DNA from: an uncultured virus (IMG/VR IMGVR_UViG_3300021420_000025) | Lineage: Duplodnaviria > Heunggongvirae > Uroviricota > Caudoviricetes | DNA length: 64,000 nucleotides | IMG/VR virus record: IMGVR_UViG_3300021420_000025 | Strand: one strand, 5' to 3' | In this document: in pieces, positions 27,642 through 37,377 of the stretch | Position numbering within the stretch: position 1 is the first letter of the stretch | How the letters are laid out: every line of letters begins with the position of its first letter | Notes under the pieces: model-generated | What the model was told of the DNA's origin: nothing | What the model saw: the letters and a program-made list of their open reading frames with translations, nothing else | Databases searched by the model: none | Translations under genes and position numbers: made by a program

Positions 27642-28306
27642 TAGGGTGCCGCCTGAACGGCCGCTTGTTGGTACAACGGGCCCACCAGCGGGCCGACCGC
27701 CCACCCAAGTTGCGCAAGCTGCCGCGAGGCCTCGCCGGTGGTCATGGCCGTGAATTCGTCCGTCCCGCTCGGCTGCCAGAGCCGGAACGTCACCACGATG
27801 TTCGTGGGGTACGTCGGGACCGGCTGGCTTTGCTGGAACTGCATCGAGATCGTCTGGTTGTATTGCAGCACCCACCCGTGGGGCCACGCGTCGCCGAGGC
27901 TGTGCATCAACGCGCGGATCGGCGTGAAGAATGGGGAAACCGTGTAGCGGGGGGCGCCTTGCACCTCCATGATCGCTTGGATGCCGCTCTGCAATCCGTA
28001 AAAGTAGTCGCTCAACGATTTGAGTTGCGTGCCGGGGAACGCGTTGGGCGCGTCGACCTCGTATTCAATCGAGTCGCACACGGACGGCTGGCTGAGATTG
28101 CCGCCATCGAAAGAGACGGGGTTGAGCGTGTTGGTCGTATCGACAAACGACGCGCGGATATTGACGTGGTAGGGCGCGAACCGGACCCGCTTGACGAGCG
28201 CGAGGGCTACTTGGGGCGAATACTGCGCGATCTGCAGAATGGAGTTGGCGTCGCCGCTGTTCAGCGGAAACCCGGCGCCCACTCCCACTCGAAATTTATC
28301 GACCAT
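27641..28306 (-). CDS. Candidate second (single jelly-roll-like) capsid protein
   Basis: Beta-rich 221 aa with WVLQYNQTISMQF...NIVVTFRLW C-terminal strands; N-terminal RVGVG; directly after the MCP candidate. The fold is an inference. Confidence 0.45.
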   Translation of the reverse strand: MVDKFRVGVGAGFPLNSGDANSILQIAQYSPQVALALVKRVRFAPYHVNIRASFVDTTNTLNPVSFDGGNLSQPSVCDSIEYEVDAPNAFPGTQLKSLSDYFYGLQSGIQAIMEVQGAPRYTVSPFFTPIRALMHSLGDAWPHGWVLQYNQTISMQFQQSQPVPTYPTNIVVTFRLWQPSGTDEFTAMTTGEASRQLAQLGWAVGPLVGPLYQQAAVQAAP

Positions 28307-28340
28307 AATCGCGCAGACCCTTCAAGAGAGGAAGGAGAGC

Positions 28341-28364
28341 GGGGCTCCCCGAGGGAGAGCCCCC
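28341..28364 (-). terminator. GC-rich hairpin after the MCP candidate (terminator or mRNA-stabilising stem)
   Basis: - strand GGGGCTC TCCC TC GGG GAGCCCC followed by a pyrimidine-rich run. Confidence 0.45.
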
Positions 28365-28369
28365 TAGAA

Positions 28370-29689
28370 TCAGGTCGTGGGGACTTGGCAGCCGCACTGG
28401 CCCATGAGGGCGCCCGTGAAGTTCGGATCGCGGAGCATCTCGGCCTGGTCGTCGGTGAGCTCAAATCCTTTGAGCCCCACGGTGATCTTGAAGCCGCCGC
28501 CCTTGAAGACCACGCGATCGGTGATCGTCGTGATCGGTTGCGCCGCGACGGGGTTGTCCAAAGAAGGCTCGTTGCCGATCTGGTTCGTGCCCGAGACGCC
28601 GGCGCCGGTGCTGATGTTCGGGAAGGCCGTGAAGTCGGCCGGGACGACCCCGTTCAGGAGTTGCGATGCGGCAAAATATTGCTGCATCAGGCCCTGATCG
28701 TCGCTGTTCTTGACGTCCGCGCGAAGCCCAATGGGCACGCCCGGCTTGAGCAAGAACGGCACCGTGAGCTTGCGCCATTCGGTGTTGCCGCGCAGGAAGC
28801 TCCGGAGGCCCATGCCGCCGTAGGTCGCGCCGACCGTCTCGTACGTGCGCGTCGGGCGATAGACCGACAAGCCGGCCGTTCCGTTGAGCGTCATGTTGCC
28901 GATGCGGGTGCGGTCGACCGGCAGGGCGATCATGCCGCTATTGAGCTGGCCCTGGTAATAGAGGTTGCTCTGATGAATGAACGCCGCCACGTCCACTTCG
29001 GAGCTCGACGCGCCGCCTTCTTGGCCGCTCGATGGGGTGTACGCGGTGAAGCGGAGCGAATCGTTGACGATGTTCGTCTGCTGGCCCCACTGCCACACGA
29101 GGTTGTACGCGCGGCTCATATGGTAGAACGCTTTTTCGGCCCACCAGCCCCACTCGAGAAACGCGGGGACCATCGTTTGCGCGCCGGTCAGGCCGAGCGT
29201 GGTCGTGAGATCCGCGACCGTGAAGTCGTCGGGGCTCACGGGCATCTTGAGCGTGCCCGTCGGGGTCGTCCACGCGTTGACCTTGGCTTCGAACTGGAGA
29301 GGCTCCGGCTCGAGATGCCAGCCAATCGCGAGGATGAGCGCGTGCGTCTGGAGCTTGCCGGGCTCCGCCATCGTGGATTCTACGGACGACGCGCCGGCGG
29401 GCGGCGTCGCGGCGTTGCTGCCCAAAGGATTGATGCTCGCGCCGAAGCTCGCTTGGACGTTCGCATCGGACAAAGGCCCGTCGTAGTGGATGCGGACCGT
29501 CTCGATGTTCGGCAGGTTGTACGTGGGCGCGCCCATCGCGTTTTTGACCGCGCCAATGAAGCGGTTGATCGCCTCGGGGCGACCCATCGTGCGGACATCG
29601 CCGAGGGCGCCCATGCCGACCTTGCGGGTCGGGTCGGCGCGGTTGATGAACCCCAATTCGTTGGGGCCGGAAAATCGAGTCGGTCGCAT
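28370..29689 (-). CDS. Candidate major capsid protein (jelly-roll-like)
   Basis: STMAEPGKL...LILAIGWHL, KLTVPFLLKPGVPIGLRA and KITVGLKGFEL resemble strand patterns of single jelly-roll MCPs. It follows the Arg-rich core-like gene and is followed by a hairpin. The fold is an inference. Confidence 0.5.
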   Translation of the reverse strand: MRPTRFSGPNELGFINRADPTRKVGMGALGDVRTMGRPEAINRFIGAVKNAMGAPTYNLPNIETVRIHYDGPLSDANVQASFGASINPLGSNAATPPAGASSVESTMAEPGKLQTHALILAIGWHLEPEPLQFEAKVNAWTTPTGTLKMPVSPDDFTVADLTTTLGLTGAQTMVPAFLEWGWWAEKAFYHMSRAYNLVWQWGQQTNIVNDSLRFTAYTPSSGQEGGASSSEVDVAAFIHQSNLYYQGQLNSGMIALPVDRTRIGNMTLNGTAGLSVYRPTRTYETVGATYGGMGLRSFLRGNTEWRKLTVPFLLKPGVPIGLRADVKNSDDQGLMQQYFAASQLLNGVVPADFTAFPNISTGAGVSGTNQIGNEPSLDNPVAAQPITTITDRVVFKGGGFKITVGLKGFELTDDQAEMLRDPNFTGALMGQCGCQVPTT

Positions 29690-29748
29690 GGTCTATCTTC
29701 TCTTTCAGCGGGGGTGGTCCATGACCTGTCTGCCCTCGCGTAGGAACT

Positions 29749-31656
29749 TCAACGGGGGATGAACGTCGTGATCGTTTGCGGGATGGCCGGAGGGGTGGGC
29801 GGTGGTTGCCCTTGATTGGCGGGAACCCAATTGGGGTTCACGAACGGCGTCGAGGGCGCCGCGGGTGGCGTAAACACCATCGGGGGCGTGGGCGGAGGGG
29901 GTGGCGCCGTCATGATCACCGGCGGGGGCGCCGGGGGGATCGTCAGCGGCTGCGGAAAGGACGTGTCCGTGGGCGTTGGGGCCAGCGGGTTGAAGCAGCA
30001 CTGCGAGCACTGCCCGCAATTGCCGCAACTGCTCGGCCACGCGCTCATCTGGCCGTTGCCGGTCGCGAAGGAATTCCGGTCCGCGACCGGATCCGTGATG
30101 ATGCCCGCGTTCATGGCGGGCATGCAGCCGTCGCCGTTGTCGCCCATGCCGAGTTGCTTGGCGCGTCTTTGTTGGGGGAAGCCGGCGAACGTGGCGGCCG
30201 GAGCCGACGCGAGCGCCGCGGTGTTCGCCTGATTGAGGCGCGTGGTCGCGGCGATTTCCGGCGCGTAGAGCTGCTGGACGATCGGCTGCGAGGTCGCGAA
30301 GGTCGCGATGGCGTCCTCGATCGCCTTGCCGGCCGTGCGTACGAGAGCGCCGAGCGCGATGAGCTTGAGCGCGTCGCGGACTTTGCCGCCGGTCATGCCG
30401 GCGAGCACCATTGGGACGGCGACAGCGCCGCCCGCGTAGGCGAGACGTTGCCAGTTGCCCCAAATGGGGAGCGCGGGCGCCTCGCTGTCGTAAATCTGGC
30501 CGGCCGCCGGCGCGTCCATGAGCACGCCGCCCGTGGTGGTCAGCGCGTGACCCGCCGCGAAGCGGTCGACGCCGCTCGCGAGTACAAACCCGAAGCCGAC
30601 ACCGAAGAGGGCGCCGATGAATTCCATCGGCCCTTCGACGGGGTTGGGGATCGGGTTCGGGAGCGGATTGCGTCGACGGGAGTAGCGGCGACGGCGAACC
30701 GGGTTCGGGATCGGGTTGCGGCGGGCGCGACGGCGACCGCTCTTGCGGCGACGGCGGCGCATCGGATTCGGAAGGGGATTCTTGCGCGCGCGACGGCGCT
30801 TGCCCGCCTTACGACGACGCCGACGGCGGGGGCGTTCGTACGAATCCCCGCCCGTCAATTCGAAGCCGCGCTCATCGCCCGCCGTGCGCGTGCGGCGCCG
30901 ACGCGGTTTGCAGACGTACTTCTTGCCGCCGACGCGCACGCTGACGCGGCGACGACGGCGCGGGGCCACGCGACGGGCGCGCCGCGTGCGAGGGGCGGCT
31001 CGGCGCTTGGCGCGACGACGCTTGACCGGATTGGGGATCGGGTTACGACGGCGCCTTTTGCGGGTCCGCGCGGCTTTCTTACCTGCAGCGACACGCTTGG
31101 GGCTTTTCCGATGCCCGGACGACTTCCGACGCCGACGCCGCCGGGGCTTCTCGTTGATGGTCCAGACCTTGCGTTTGACCCTACGCAAAGGACCGCGTCT
31201 TCCCCCCACCCGCTTCTTGACGACGCCCGAGCGCTTCCGCTTGTAGCGAAGGTGATGATGCGCCTTGCGTAAATTGCGCAACGCAATTCGGCGGCGCTCG
31301 GCCTTCGTCAGCTTTCTGCCAGCTCGTCTTTTTGCCACGGCGGGTGTCTCCTCGGCGGTGGGCCGATGTCCCCGTCGTTTCGATCGTCGTACTGCGCTGC
31401 GGCTGAGTGAACCTGATCGGCCCCCCTTTGTCAAATTCGACCCGGGTCTTCGTTTACCCGGGGATCGCTTGCGGGCTACGCCCGCTTTGTGCAGGGCGAT
31501 GGCGACTGCTTGCTTTTGGGGCTTGCCCGCGCGCCTCTCCGTTCGGATGTTCTGGGAGATGACCGCGCGGGATTTTCCCTTCTTTAGCGGGTTGCGGTTG
31601 CTGGCGTGCGCCCCCGCGCTGTCGGCCGCGATGAGTTGCAAGTAGTCGACAGCCAC
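29749..31656 (-). CDS. Extremely Arg/Lys-rich, NP-repeat protein with C-terminal membrane and Pro-rich parts (candidate DNA-condensing core precursor)
   Basis: ~340-aa basic region with RRNPIPNPV / RKNPLPNPM repeats, then hydrophobic helices, a CGNCGQCSQCC cluster and a Pro-rich tail. Confidence 0.8.
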   Translation of the reverse strand: MAVDYLQLIAADSAGAHASNRNPLKKGKSRAVISQNIRTERRAGKPQKQAVAIALHKAGVARKRSPGKRRPGSNLTKGGRSGSLSRSAVRRSKRRGHRPTAEETPAVAKRRAGRKLTKAERRRIALRNLRKAHHHLRYKRKRSGVVKKRVGGRRGPLRRVKRKVWTINEKPRRRRRRKSSGHRKSPKRVAAGKKAARTRKRRRRNPIPNPVKRRRAKRRAAPRTRRARRVAPRRRRRVSVRVGGKKYVCKPRRRRTRTAGDERGFELTGGDSYERPRRRRRRKAGKRRRARKNPLPNPMRRRRRKSGRRRARRNPIPNPVRRRRYSRRRNPLPNPIPNPVEGPMEFIGALFGVGFGFVLASGVDRFAAGHALTTTGGVLMDAPAAGQIYDSEAPALPIWGNWQRLAYAGGAVAVPMVLAGMTGGKVRDALKLIALGALVRTAGKAIEDAIATFATSQPIVQQLYAPEIAATTRLNQANTAALASAPAATFAGFPQQRRAKQLGMGDNGDGCMPAMNAGIITDPVADRNSFATGNGQMSAWPSSCGNCGQCSQCCFNPLAPTPTDTSFPQPLTIPPAPPPVIMTAPPPPPTPPMVFTPPAAPSTPFVNPNWVPANQGQPPPTPPAIPQTITTFIPR

Positions 31657-31703
31657 GCGAGCAGACTACGCGGCTGCCGCGGATGGGTCAAAATGGCCTG
31701 GGT

Positions 31704-31967
31704 CTAGAGTGACTCGCTTTTCGTGAGTGTGAATTCCGGGTGCTCCGCGAGCAGGCCCTCGAGCGTCGCCTCGTCGCGCACGTTCTGAAGGCGCAAGAGG
31801 CTAAGAAACGCGCGCGCGAGCATCATGACGCGAAGCGGATCGTTCACGAGGAAGGGCGACGGCTCGCGGAACATCGCGACGGGTCCGCTTGCGATGAAGA
31901 AGACCGTGGCGACTTCGACGGGCCTTCGATGCGGGTCTTGCCAGCAGAGGGTCCATTTGACGTGCAT
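31704..31967 (-). CDS. Hypothetical protein
   Basis: Plausible composition. Confidence 0.45.
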   Translation of the reverse strand: MHVKWTLCWQDPHRRPVEVATVFFIASGPVAMFREPSPFLVNDPLRVMMLARAFLSLLRLQNVRDEATLEGLLAEHPEFTLTKSESL

Positions 31968-32069
31968 GCAGCGCGCTACGGATAGCGCACGGGGCCCCGC
32001 AAGCCGGCGCGAGAGAAAATTACACCCCGAAAAAGAAGGCCTCTAAAACCCACGGCGCCATTAGCAACA

Positions 32070-32489
32070 TCAAGGAGTTACGATGCCACGCCAGTTCCAA
32101 ACGCACCCGGACCCGAGCTCCATCCGCAGCACGCGGCCGCGCCAGCGATAGAGCTTGGCTTTGCCGCCCTCGATCGGGTGGTAGAACGGCGAGGCGTGCT
32201 TGCCGATCCGGCGATAGTTCACGACGGCAATTTCGCCGACGTAGCTCCACTCCGAGAGCCGCCGCGGGGGAAGATTGATTTCTCCACGAAGCGCCGGCAT
32301 GCCGAGATACTCCTCGGCGGTGTTATTTTTGATCGGGCCCAACCCCTTTTTGAAAGAGGCGACCAAGCCACTGCACGAGGGCCATGTTTTGCCGCTTGGA
32401 TCATGAAGAAGGGCCGCACCTGCGCCCCCTCGGACTGTGCCCCCCTCGATCATCTTGAAGCTGACGCTATAGCCTTTCGCAATCAGCAT
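32070..32489 (-). CDS. Hypothetical (possible virion) protein
   Basis: ATG 32489 overlaps the upstream TAA; ends WRGIVTP. Confidence 0.55.
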   Translation of the reverse strand: MLIAKGYSVSFKMIEGGTVRGGAGAALLHDPSGKTWPSCSGLVASFKKGLGPIKNNTAEEYLGMPALRGEINLPPRRLSEWSYVGEIAVVNYRRIGKHASPFYHPIEGGKAKLYRWRGRVLRMELGSGCVWNWRGIVTP

Positions 32490-33001
32490 TACTTGGCCGC
32501 GGCGATGCGCCTCGAATACGTCTCTCGCCGCGATCGCGCGCGTTGGCTCGCAGAAGGAAAGAGCGACGCAATCTTCACGACAACGACGGCCGACGCGACG
32601 AAGCCCGCGGCCACCGCGACGTACTCGATCGTCTGCGCGGTGCTCGGCGCTAACCCCGTATTCGATGCGTCTCCGGGGTTGGGGTCCACCAGAGGGCCAC
32701 TCAAGCTGCATTTGCCCGAGAGCTGTTGACGCCACGCGTAGACGCTTTTGGTGAGCGATTGCGTTTCATCGACGCGCGAGCCCGTCGCGAGCACGTCGTT
32801 GGGCCCCGTCGCGAAGAGCCACACGGGGTTCTGGGCCACAAAAGCAACTACCGTCGCGTAGAAGGATTGCCATCCACTACGAGTCGCCGCGTCGAGCGTC
32901 GTGCACGACGAGACGGCGAGGTCGGTGTCCGCCCCGATGCTCGCGAGGTCCGCCTGTTGGGCCTTCAAGTCGCTGACGGTCCATGTGCCAAAGAAGCTCA
33001 T
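32489..33001 (-). CDS. Membrane-anchored protein
   Basis: ATGA coupling; C-terminal TM followed by a basic tail. Confidence 0.6.
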   Translation of the reverse strand: MSFFGTWTVSDLKAQQADLASIGADTDLAVSSCTTLDAATRSGWQSFYATVVAFVAQNPVWLFATGPNDVLATGSRVDETQSLTKSVYAWRQQLSGKCSLSGPLVDPNPGDASNTGLAPSTAQTIEYVAVAAGFVASAVVVVKIASLFPSASQRARSRRETYSRRIAAAK

Positions 33002-33501
33002 CGTTGGAGCCAAACCCACGCGAGGCCGCCCAGGGCGCCCGCAAAGAGCGTTCCGAAGAGCAATCGATTGGGCCCAATCGTAAGAACGCCGGGGGTCGCG
33101 TCGAGCTCCGAAGGATCGGCGGCATTGTTCGCGACCTCTTTGGCCGCCGCGATCGCAAGCTGGTAAAGCGTTTCCATCGCGTTGGCGTACTTCTGCGCGG
33201 TGGGCGCGTCGGTCGTCGCCTGCAAAAGCCCGTTGAATTGCCACGCCTGTTGCGTGAATTCTTGCGTCGTGTTGGGCATGCCCGAAAGATCAATCTCGGG
33301 CCCGATCGTGGTCGCGCCCGTCATGCCGGCCGCTTTGTAGGCCGCGAGGGCATTGGCCGTTTCGCCCGCCGTCAAATAGGTGTTGCCCGCATTCACGACG
33401 AGCACGAACTGATTTTGCAGATCGATCTGCGCTTGATTGAATCCCAACGGCAAGGGGATCGATCCCACCCCAACGGCGCGCGGAGGCAAGTAAGCCCTCA
33501 T
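32998..33501 (-). CDS. Membrane-anchored protein with N-terminal VGVG motif
   Basis: MRAYLPPRAVGVGS...; C-terminal TM. Confidence 0.65.
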   Translation of the reverse strand: MRAYLPPRAVGVGSIPLPLGFNQAQIDLQNQFVLVVNAGNTYLTAGETANALAAYKAAGMTGATTIGPEIDLSGMPNTTQEFTQQAWQFNGLLQATTDAPTAQKYANAMETLYQLAIAAAKEVANNAADPSELDATPGVLTIGPNRLLFGTLFAGALGGLAWVWLQR

Positions 33502-34277
33502 CGGCGCCTCTTTCGTCGCTCGCGCTGGACAAAGCCGGCGGCGAGGCCCGTCGCGATCCCCAGCGCGACGACCCCCAACACGATATCGGTCGTGGTCCAC
33601 GCCGTGGTCGCCGTGGGGGTATCTCCAATGAAACGAACGTTGCCGAGACCCCCCACCCCGATGAATTCCGCGTCGGGCGCGCCGTGCAACCCAATCATCG
33701 TCGGGTTCGAAGGGTCGAGACGGTATTCTTCCGAGGCGTACGCTTTGCGGCCGGCCGGCATGTCGCTCGACGGGTCGAGGGGGAACCACTGGCCGGAATC
33801 GTCTTGGGCTTCGAGAAGAACGTGCTCTTGGTCGCCGACGCCAAATGTTTGCTTCAAAACTTGAACGGGTATACCTACCCCCATTACCATCGACCCGAGG
33901 AGGATCAGCTGATCATCACAGTCGCCACCTCGAATGCAAAGATTCGGCGCGAGGCACAGCATCGCCTCGGCGCTCTTCATGTATTCGACGCCCGGCGGGT
34001 CGGGCGCGTAGAGCGTGTGCTGACGTACAAAAGACAAGAGAGCAGAGGCCCGCGCGTGCGCGCCCCCCGCGTTGGCCCCTCTTCCCGCAAACCCTGCCCC
34101 AAGGAGCGCGTCGAACGCGACGCCTTGCACTTTGGGCGACAAAGCGCCCTCGCGAATCCTCTGAGCGATTTGTTGCAGGGAAAGCTTCACCCCCGCGACC
34201 CCTGGGGGGTACGTCGTTCGCAGCACGCGCACGCCTTCTTTGCGGGAATGCTCCAAAGAAGGGGCGAACGAACTCAC
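33498..34277 (-). CDS. Transglutaminase-like (papain-fold) cysteine protease with C-terminal TM
   Basis: GDCDD (Cys), EHVLL (His) and WFPLDPS (Asp) triad motifs; TM plus basic tail. Confidence 0.85.
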   Translation of the reverse strand: MSSFAPSLEHSRKEGVRVLRTTYPPGVAGVKLSLQQIAQRIREGALSPKVQGVAFDALLGAGFAGRGANAGGAHARASALLSFVRQHTLYAPDPPGVEYMKSAEAMLCLAPNLCIRGGDCDDQLILLGSMVMGVGIPVQVLKQTFGVGDQEHVLLEAQDDSGQWFPLDPSSDMPAGRKAYASEEYRLDPSNPTMIGLHGAPDAEFIGVGGLGNVRFIGDTPTATTAWTTTDIVLGVVALGIATGLAAGFVQRERRKRRR

Positions 34278-34313
34278 CCGCAGAGCTTACGTTAGGCGGG
34301 CGTCAAGCTCAAA

Positions 34314-34604
34314 TCAGGTGGCGACAGGCGGCACTGCAGCGACCGGCGGCGTGACCGCGTTCGTCAGCGCGGTGTTGTTCGCGGTCAGTTGCGCGGTCAA
34401 CGCGGCGAGGGCGGCGGGTTCGCTCCCGTCGGCGGTCAGCGCCGCGACGGCGCTGTTGACGGCGGTGGTGTTGGCGGCAACGGCGGCGGTAAGAGCGGTC
34501 AAATCGGCCATGAGTTTCTCCTGGTTCGCGAGTCCCGTCTGCAGCAGTTTCTTGAGAAGCTCAATGACGCTGTCGAGGCGGGCGTTGGTTTCGTAGTTGA
34601 ACAT
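34314..34604 (-). CDS. Ala-rich coiled-coil small protein
   Basis: MADLTALTAAVAANTTAVNSAVAAL heptad pattern. Confidence 0.6.
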   Translation of the reverse strand: MFNYETNARLDSVIELLKKLLQTGLANQEKLMADLTALTAAVAANTTAVNSAVAALTADGSEPAALAALTAQLTANNTALTNAVTPPVAAVPPVAT

Positions 34605-35022
34605 GCTAGGCGCTTTCGGGGGTGGGCACGAGCCGCAGGCGTCTCTCTTGCGCCGCGAAAACCCGCGCCTGCTTGGAAGAGGCGTGGATGCTAAGGGTCG
34701 TGCCCGGTTTGAGGTAGGCGTACAAATAGTCAATGAGCATGCGGGCGCTCGGTGCCACCATGAGCGCGAGTGTGCTGTACGCGTAGCCCTCCCCCGACCC
34801 ACGGGGGCTTACGATGAGCAGCGTGCCGACACGGCCCGGGGCGCCCCCACGACAACTCCTTCGGACGAGCGCGCGCCCGAAAAAGTCCACGTGGAGCACG
34901 CATTCACTCATCGAGATCGCGATCTTCCCAGGCGTCCCGTGCGACTTGGATGGCGCCCCACCCCAGAAGTGTGACGGTCGCCGAGAGAACCGCCACGAAC
35001 GGCAGTTGCCAAAAGAGAGCCA

Positions 35023-36597
35023 TCAGACACTCCGACGAAGAATGAAGGACGGCAGGCCGGGCGCGGCGCCCATGGAATGCTCGTACCGGAGCGCGGGGTT
35101 GCTCGGGTTGAACGGAATGTTCAATGCCGCGCGAACGTCGCGCTCGACAACGTTGCGGAGCTCGACAATGCGGTCGGCGCTCAAATGGTCGGTGAAGACG
35201 TAGGACTTGTAGGCGTTCGGGTCGCCCTTGTAGTACCCGGCGCTTTGCGTAAAATCGAGATCGTACGCATGGAGCTTGTCGCCCGATTTCTTGCACGTGA
35301 ATGTCCAGATCCCGCTTCCGGGCACTTCTTCGACCGCCTCGTCGTAGTACGGCGTCCCGGGGTAAACGGTGATCACGGTGCAGTCGAAGTCGGCGGGCTT
35401 CACGTCGATGAGCCATTGGCGGATGGCGAGGATGGTCTCCTCGCTCTCCCCCGCATGACCGACGCTCATGAGTGCTTTGGTTTTCAGGCCGTATTTATGC
35501 CCCGCGAGGACGACCCGGGTGTTGTCTTCGACCGTGGCGTTCTTGCGGATGTTCTCGAGAATACGCGGATGTGCCGCCTCGAAGCCCGAGAGGATCCACC
35601 GGAAGCCCGCGGCGAACATCGCCTCTGCCTGCTCCTCGTCGAAGAGCTCCGCCTTGACGAACCCACGGAGACGGAACTCCACTCCGAGGCGATCTTGAAG
35701 CTTGCGGATGTCGCGGAGGCTTTCAAGAAATGCCTTCTTATTGATATTGAGCTCGTCCTCATAATTCATAAAAGCAGTGAAGCCGTACCGCGAATACAGC
35801 ATTTCGAGCTCATCGACGATGGAGCTGCTCGTGCGCGCTCGGATCACGCGTAGCGCCTTTGAATTGCGACCCCCGCAGAACGAACACGCCATCGGGCAAC
35901 CGAGCTGGCCGATGTAGCTCGTGGCCTTATGCCCCTCGATTGTATATTTATAACTTTCTACGTCCACGAGGTGCCGCGCGGGCAGAGGGCTCTCCTCGTA
36001 GATCGCATTGTCCATAAAGAGTGGGCCGCGGTTGTCATCGCCATCGATGAGTTTGGGGGGATTTTGGGAGAGGGCCTCAAAGACGGCCATTTCCCCATCC
36101 CCCGCGACGAGCACGTCAAAGACTTGGTGTAGCGAATCGAGCGCCCGGTGCGCGCGCGCGACGCGGCCGGCTTTCGTCTCGAGCTTCACCGCGGCCGCCG
36201 TGAGGGTCACGTGCGGGCCGCCGGCGACGAGGATGACGTCCGGCCGCACTTCGCGGATGCACGCGACGATGAGGGCCGTCGCGGGGAACTGCGGCGTTGT
36301 CACTGTAATGAGAACGTGGGTTGCCTTCGAAGACGCGAGGTGCGTCGCCACGACGTCCAAGTAGTTCTCGATGCCCGAAAGGTCGAGCATTTCGATCTTC
36401 CGGCCGGCCTTCTCGAGCACCGCGGCCACTTTCAAAATCCCGAGGCTCATGAAGACGCGCTCGTCGAGAAGAAACACGCTGGGCGGCGTGATCATCACGA
36501 TGGGCGGCTTGGCGGCTTCGATGCCTGCCAAAGCATGCGCCTTGATGCGCGACGCCAGGCGGGACGGGGCGAGAACACCCTGGGTCGAAGAGGCCAC
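35023..36597 (-). CDS. B12-binding-domain radical SAM enzyme (class B methyltransferase-like)
   Basis: SLGILKVAAVL; VAGGPHVT; VAGDGE; GCPMACSFC (CxxxCxxC); SGFEA; YPGTPYY. Confidence 0.92.
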   Translation of the reverse strand: MASSTQGVLAPSRLASRIKAHALAGIEAAKPPIVMITPPSVFLLDERVFMSLGILKVAAVLEKAGRKIEMLDLSGIENYLDVVATHLASSKATHVLITVTTPQFPATALIVACIREVRPDVILVAGGPHVTLTAAAVKLETKAGRVARAHRALDSLHQVFDVLVAGDGEMAVFEALSQNPPKLIDGDDNRGPLFMDNAIYEESPLPARHLVDVESYKYTIEGHKATSYIGQLGCPMACSFCGGRNSKALRVIRARTSSSIVDELEMLYSRYGFTAFMNYEDELNINKKAFLESLRDIRKLQDRLGVEFRLRGFVKAELFDEEQAEAMFAAGFRWILSGFEAAHPRILENIRKNATVEDNTRVVLAGHKYGLKTKALMSVGHAGESEETILAIRQWLIDVKPADFDCTVITVYPGTPYYDEAVEEVPGSGIWTFTCKKSGDKLHAYDLDFTQSAGYYKGDPNAYKSYVFTDHLSADRIVELRNVVERDVRAALNIPFNPSNPALRYEHSMGAAPGLPSFILRRSV

Positions 36598-36648
36598 GGG
36601 GCATTTTTACCCCACATGGCCGAGCTCTTCAATCTTATGCTCGGCCCC

Positions 36649-37377
36649 TTAGGCGACGTAGAAGCTATGGCTGACGCTGTGGTACGGCCGTGTGGCAACC
36701 TCGTGGTAGCCCCATCCGGTCACGAGCTGCCGCACCTCGTCTTCGAGCGTCCCGCGCTTGAAGTTGTGATTCTCGATGAGAAGATTGGGGCTCGCCGGCG
36801 CGATCAACGGGAGCCGAAGCCCGCGAAGCACTTCAAGTTCGGCCCCTTCGACGTCGATTTTCACCCACGTCTTGGGGGAGTTCAGGCGAAATCCCTTTGC
36901 GACAAATTCCGCGTCGAACCATTCGCCGAACGGCCGCACGGGGATGATCCCCCAATGCGGCGGGGGTTTCTCCCCCTCGAGCGGAAAAAACTCTTGCGTC
37001 TCGGTATGCAACCACCCCGCGCGGTCGAAAAGACCTTCCTCGTAGACGCTGCAACGGTCGGCCCACCCGTTGATCTCCGCGTTCGAGCGCAAGAAATCCG
37101 CTTCCTTCTCACCGTCGGGGCTGCCGGGGTGCCCCTGCGGGCTCCACGCGAAGACGTGCGACGCGCCCATGAGAAGCGCCGTGATGGCGTAGGAGCCATA
37201 GGCCGCGCCGATGTCGAACACGAGGTCGCCCTCGCCGATGTTCCAAAACTCTTGGCGAACCGACTGCTCGTCGTCGAAGGAGTACCAGGAGGGATCACCG
37301 GCCATGCGGTCGACCGCCACTTGCCGGTAGAAGCGGCCTTTGAATTCGCGGCCTATTTCGCGGCTTCCTTGGATCAT
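36649..37377 (-). CDS. FkbM-family SAM methyltransferase
   Basis: VFDIGAAYGSY; VKIDVEGAELEVLRG; LLIENH. Confidence 0.9.
   Translation of the reverse strand: MIQGSREIGREFKGRFYRQVAVDRMAGDPSWYSFDDEQSVRQEFWNIGEGDLVFDIGAAYGSYAITALLMGASHVFAWSPQGHPGSPDGEKEADFLRSNAEINGWADRCSVYEEGLFDRAGWLHTETQEFFPLEGEKPPPHWGIIPVRPFGEWFDAEFVAKGFRLNSPKTWVKIDVEGAELEVLRGLRLPLIAPASPNLLIENHNFKRGTLEDEVRQLVTGWGYHEVATRPYHSVSHSFYVA

Noticed and set aside
27635..31272. Long + strand ORFs (702 aa, 498 aa) and similar ones at 23535-26754
   Set aside because: Antisense to well-formed - strand genes; typical high-GC shadow ORFs.
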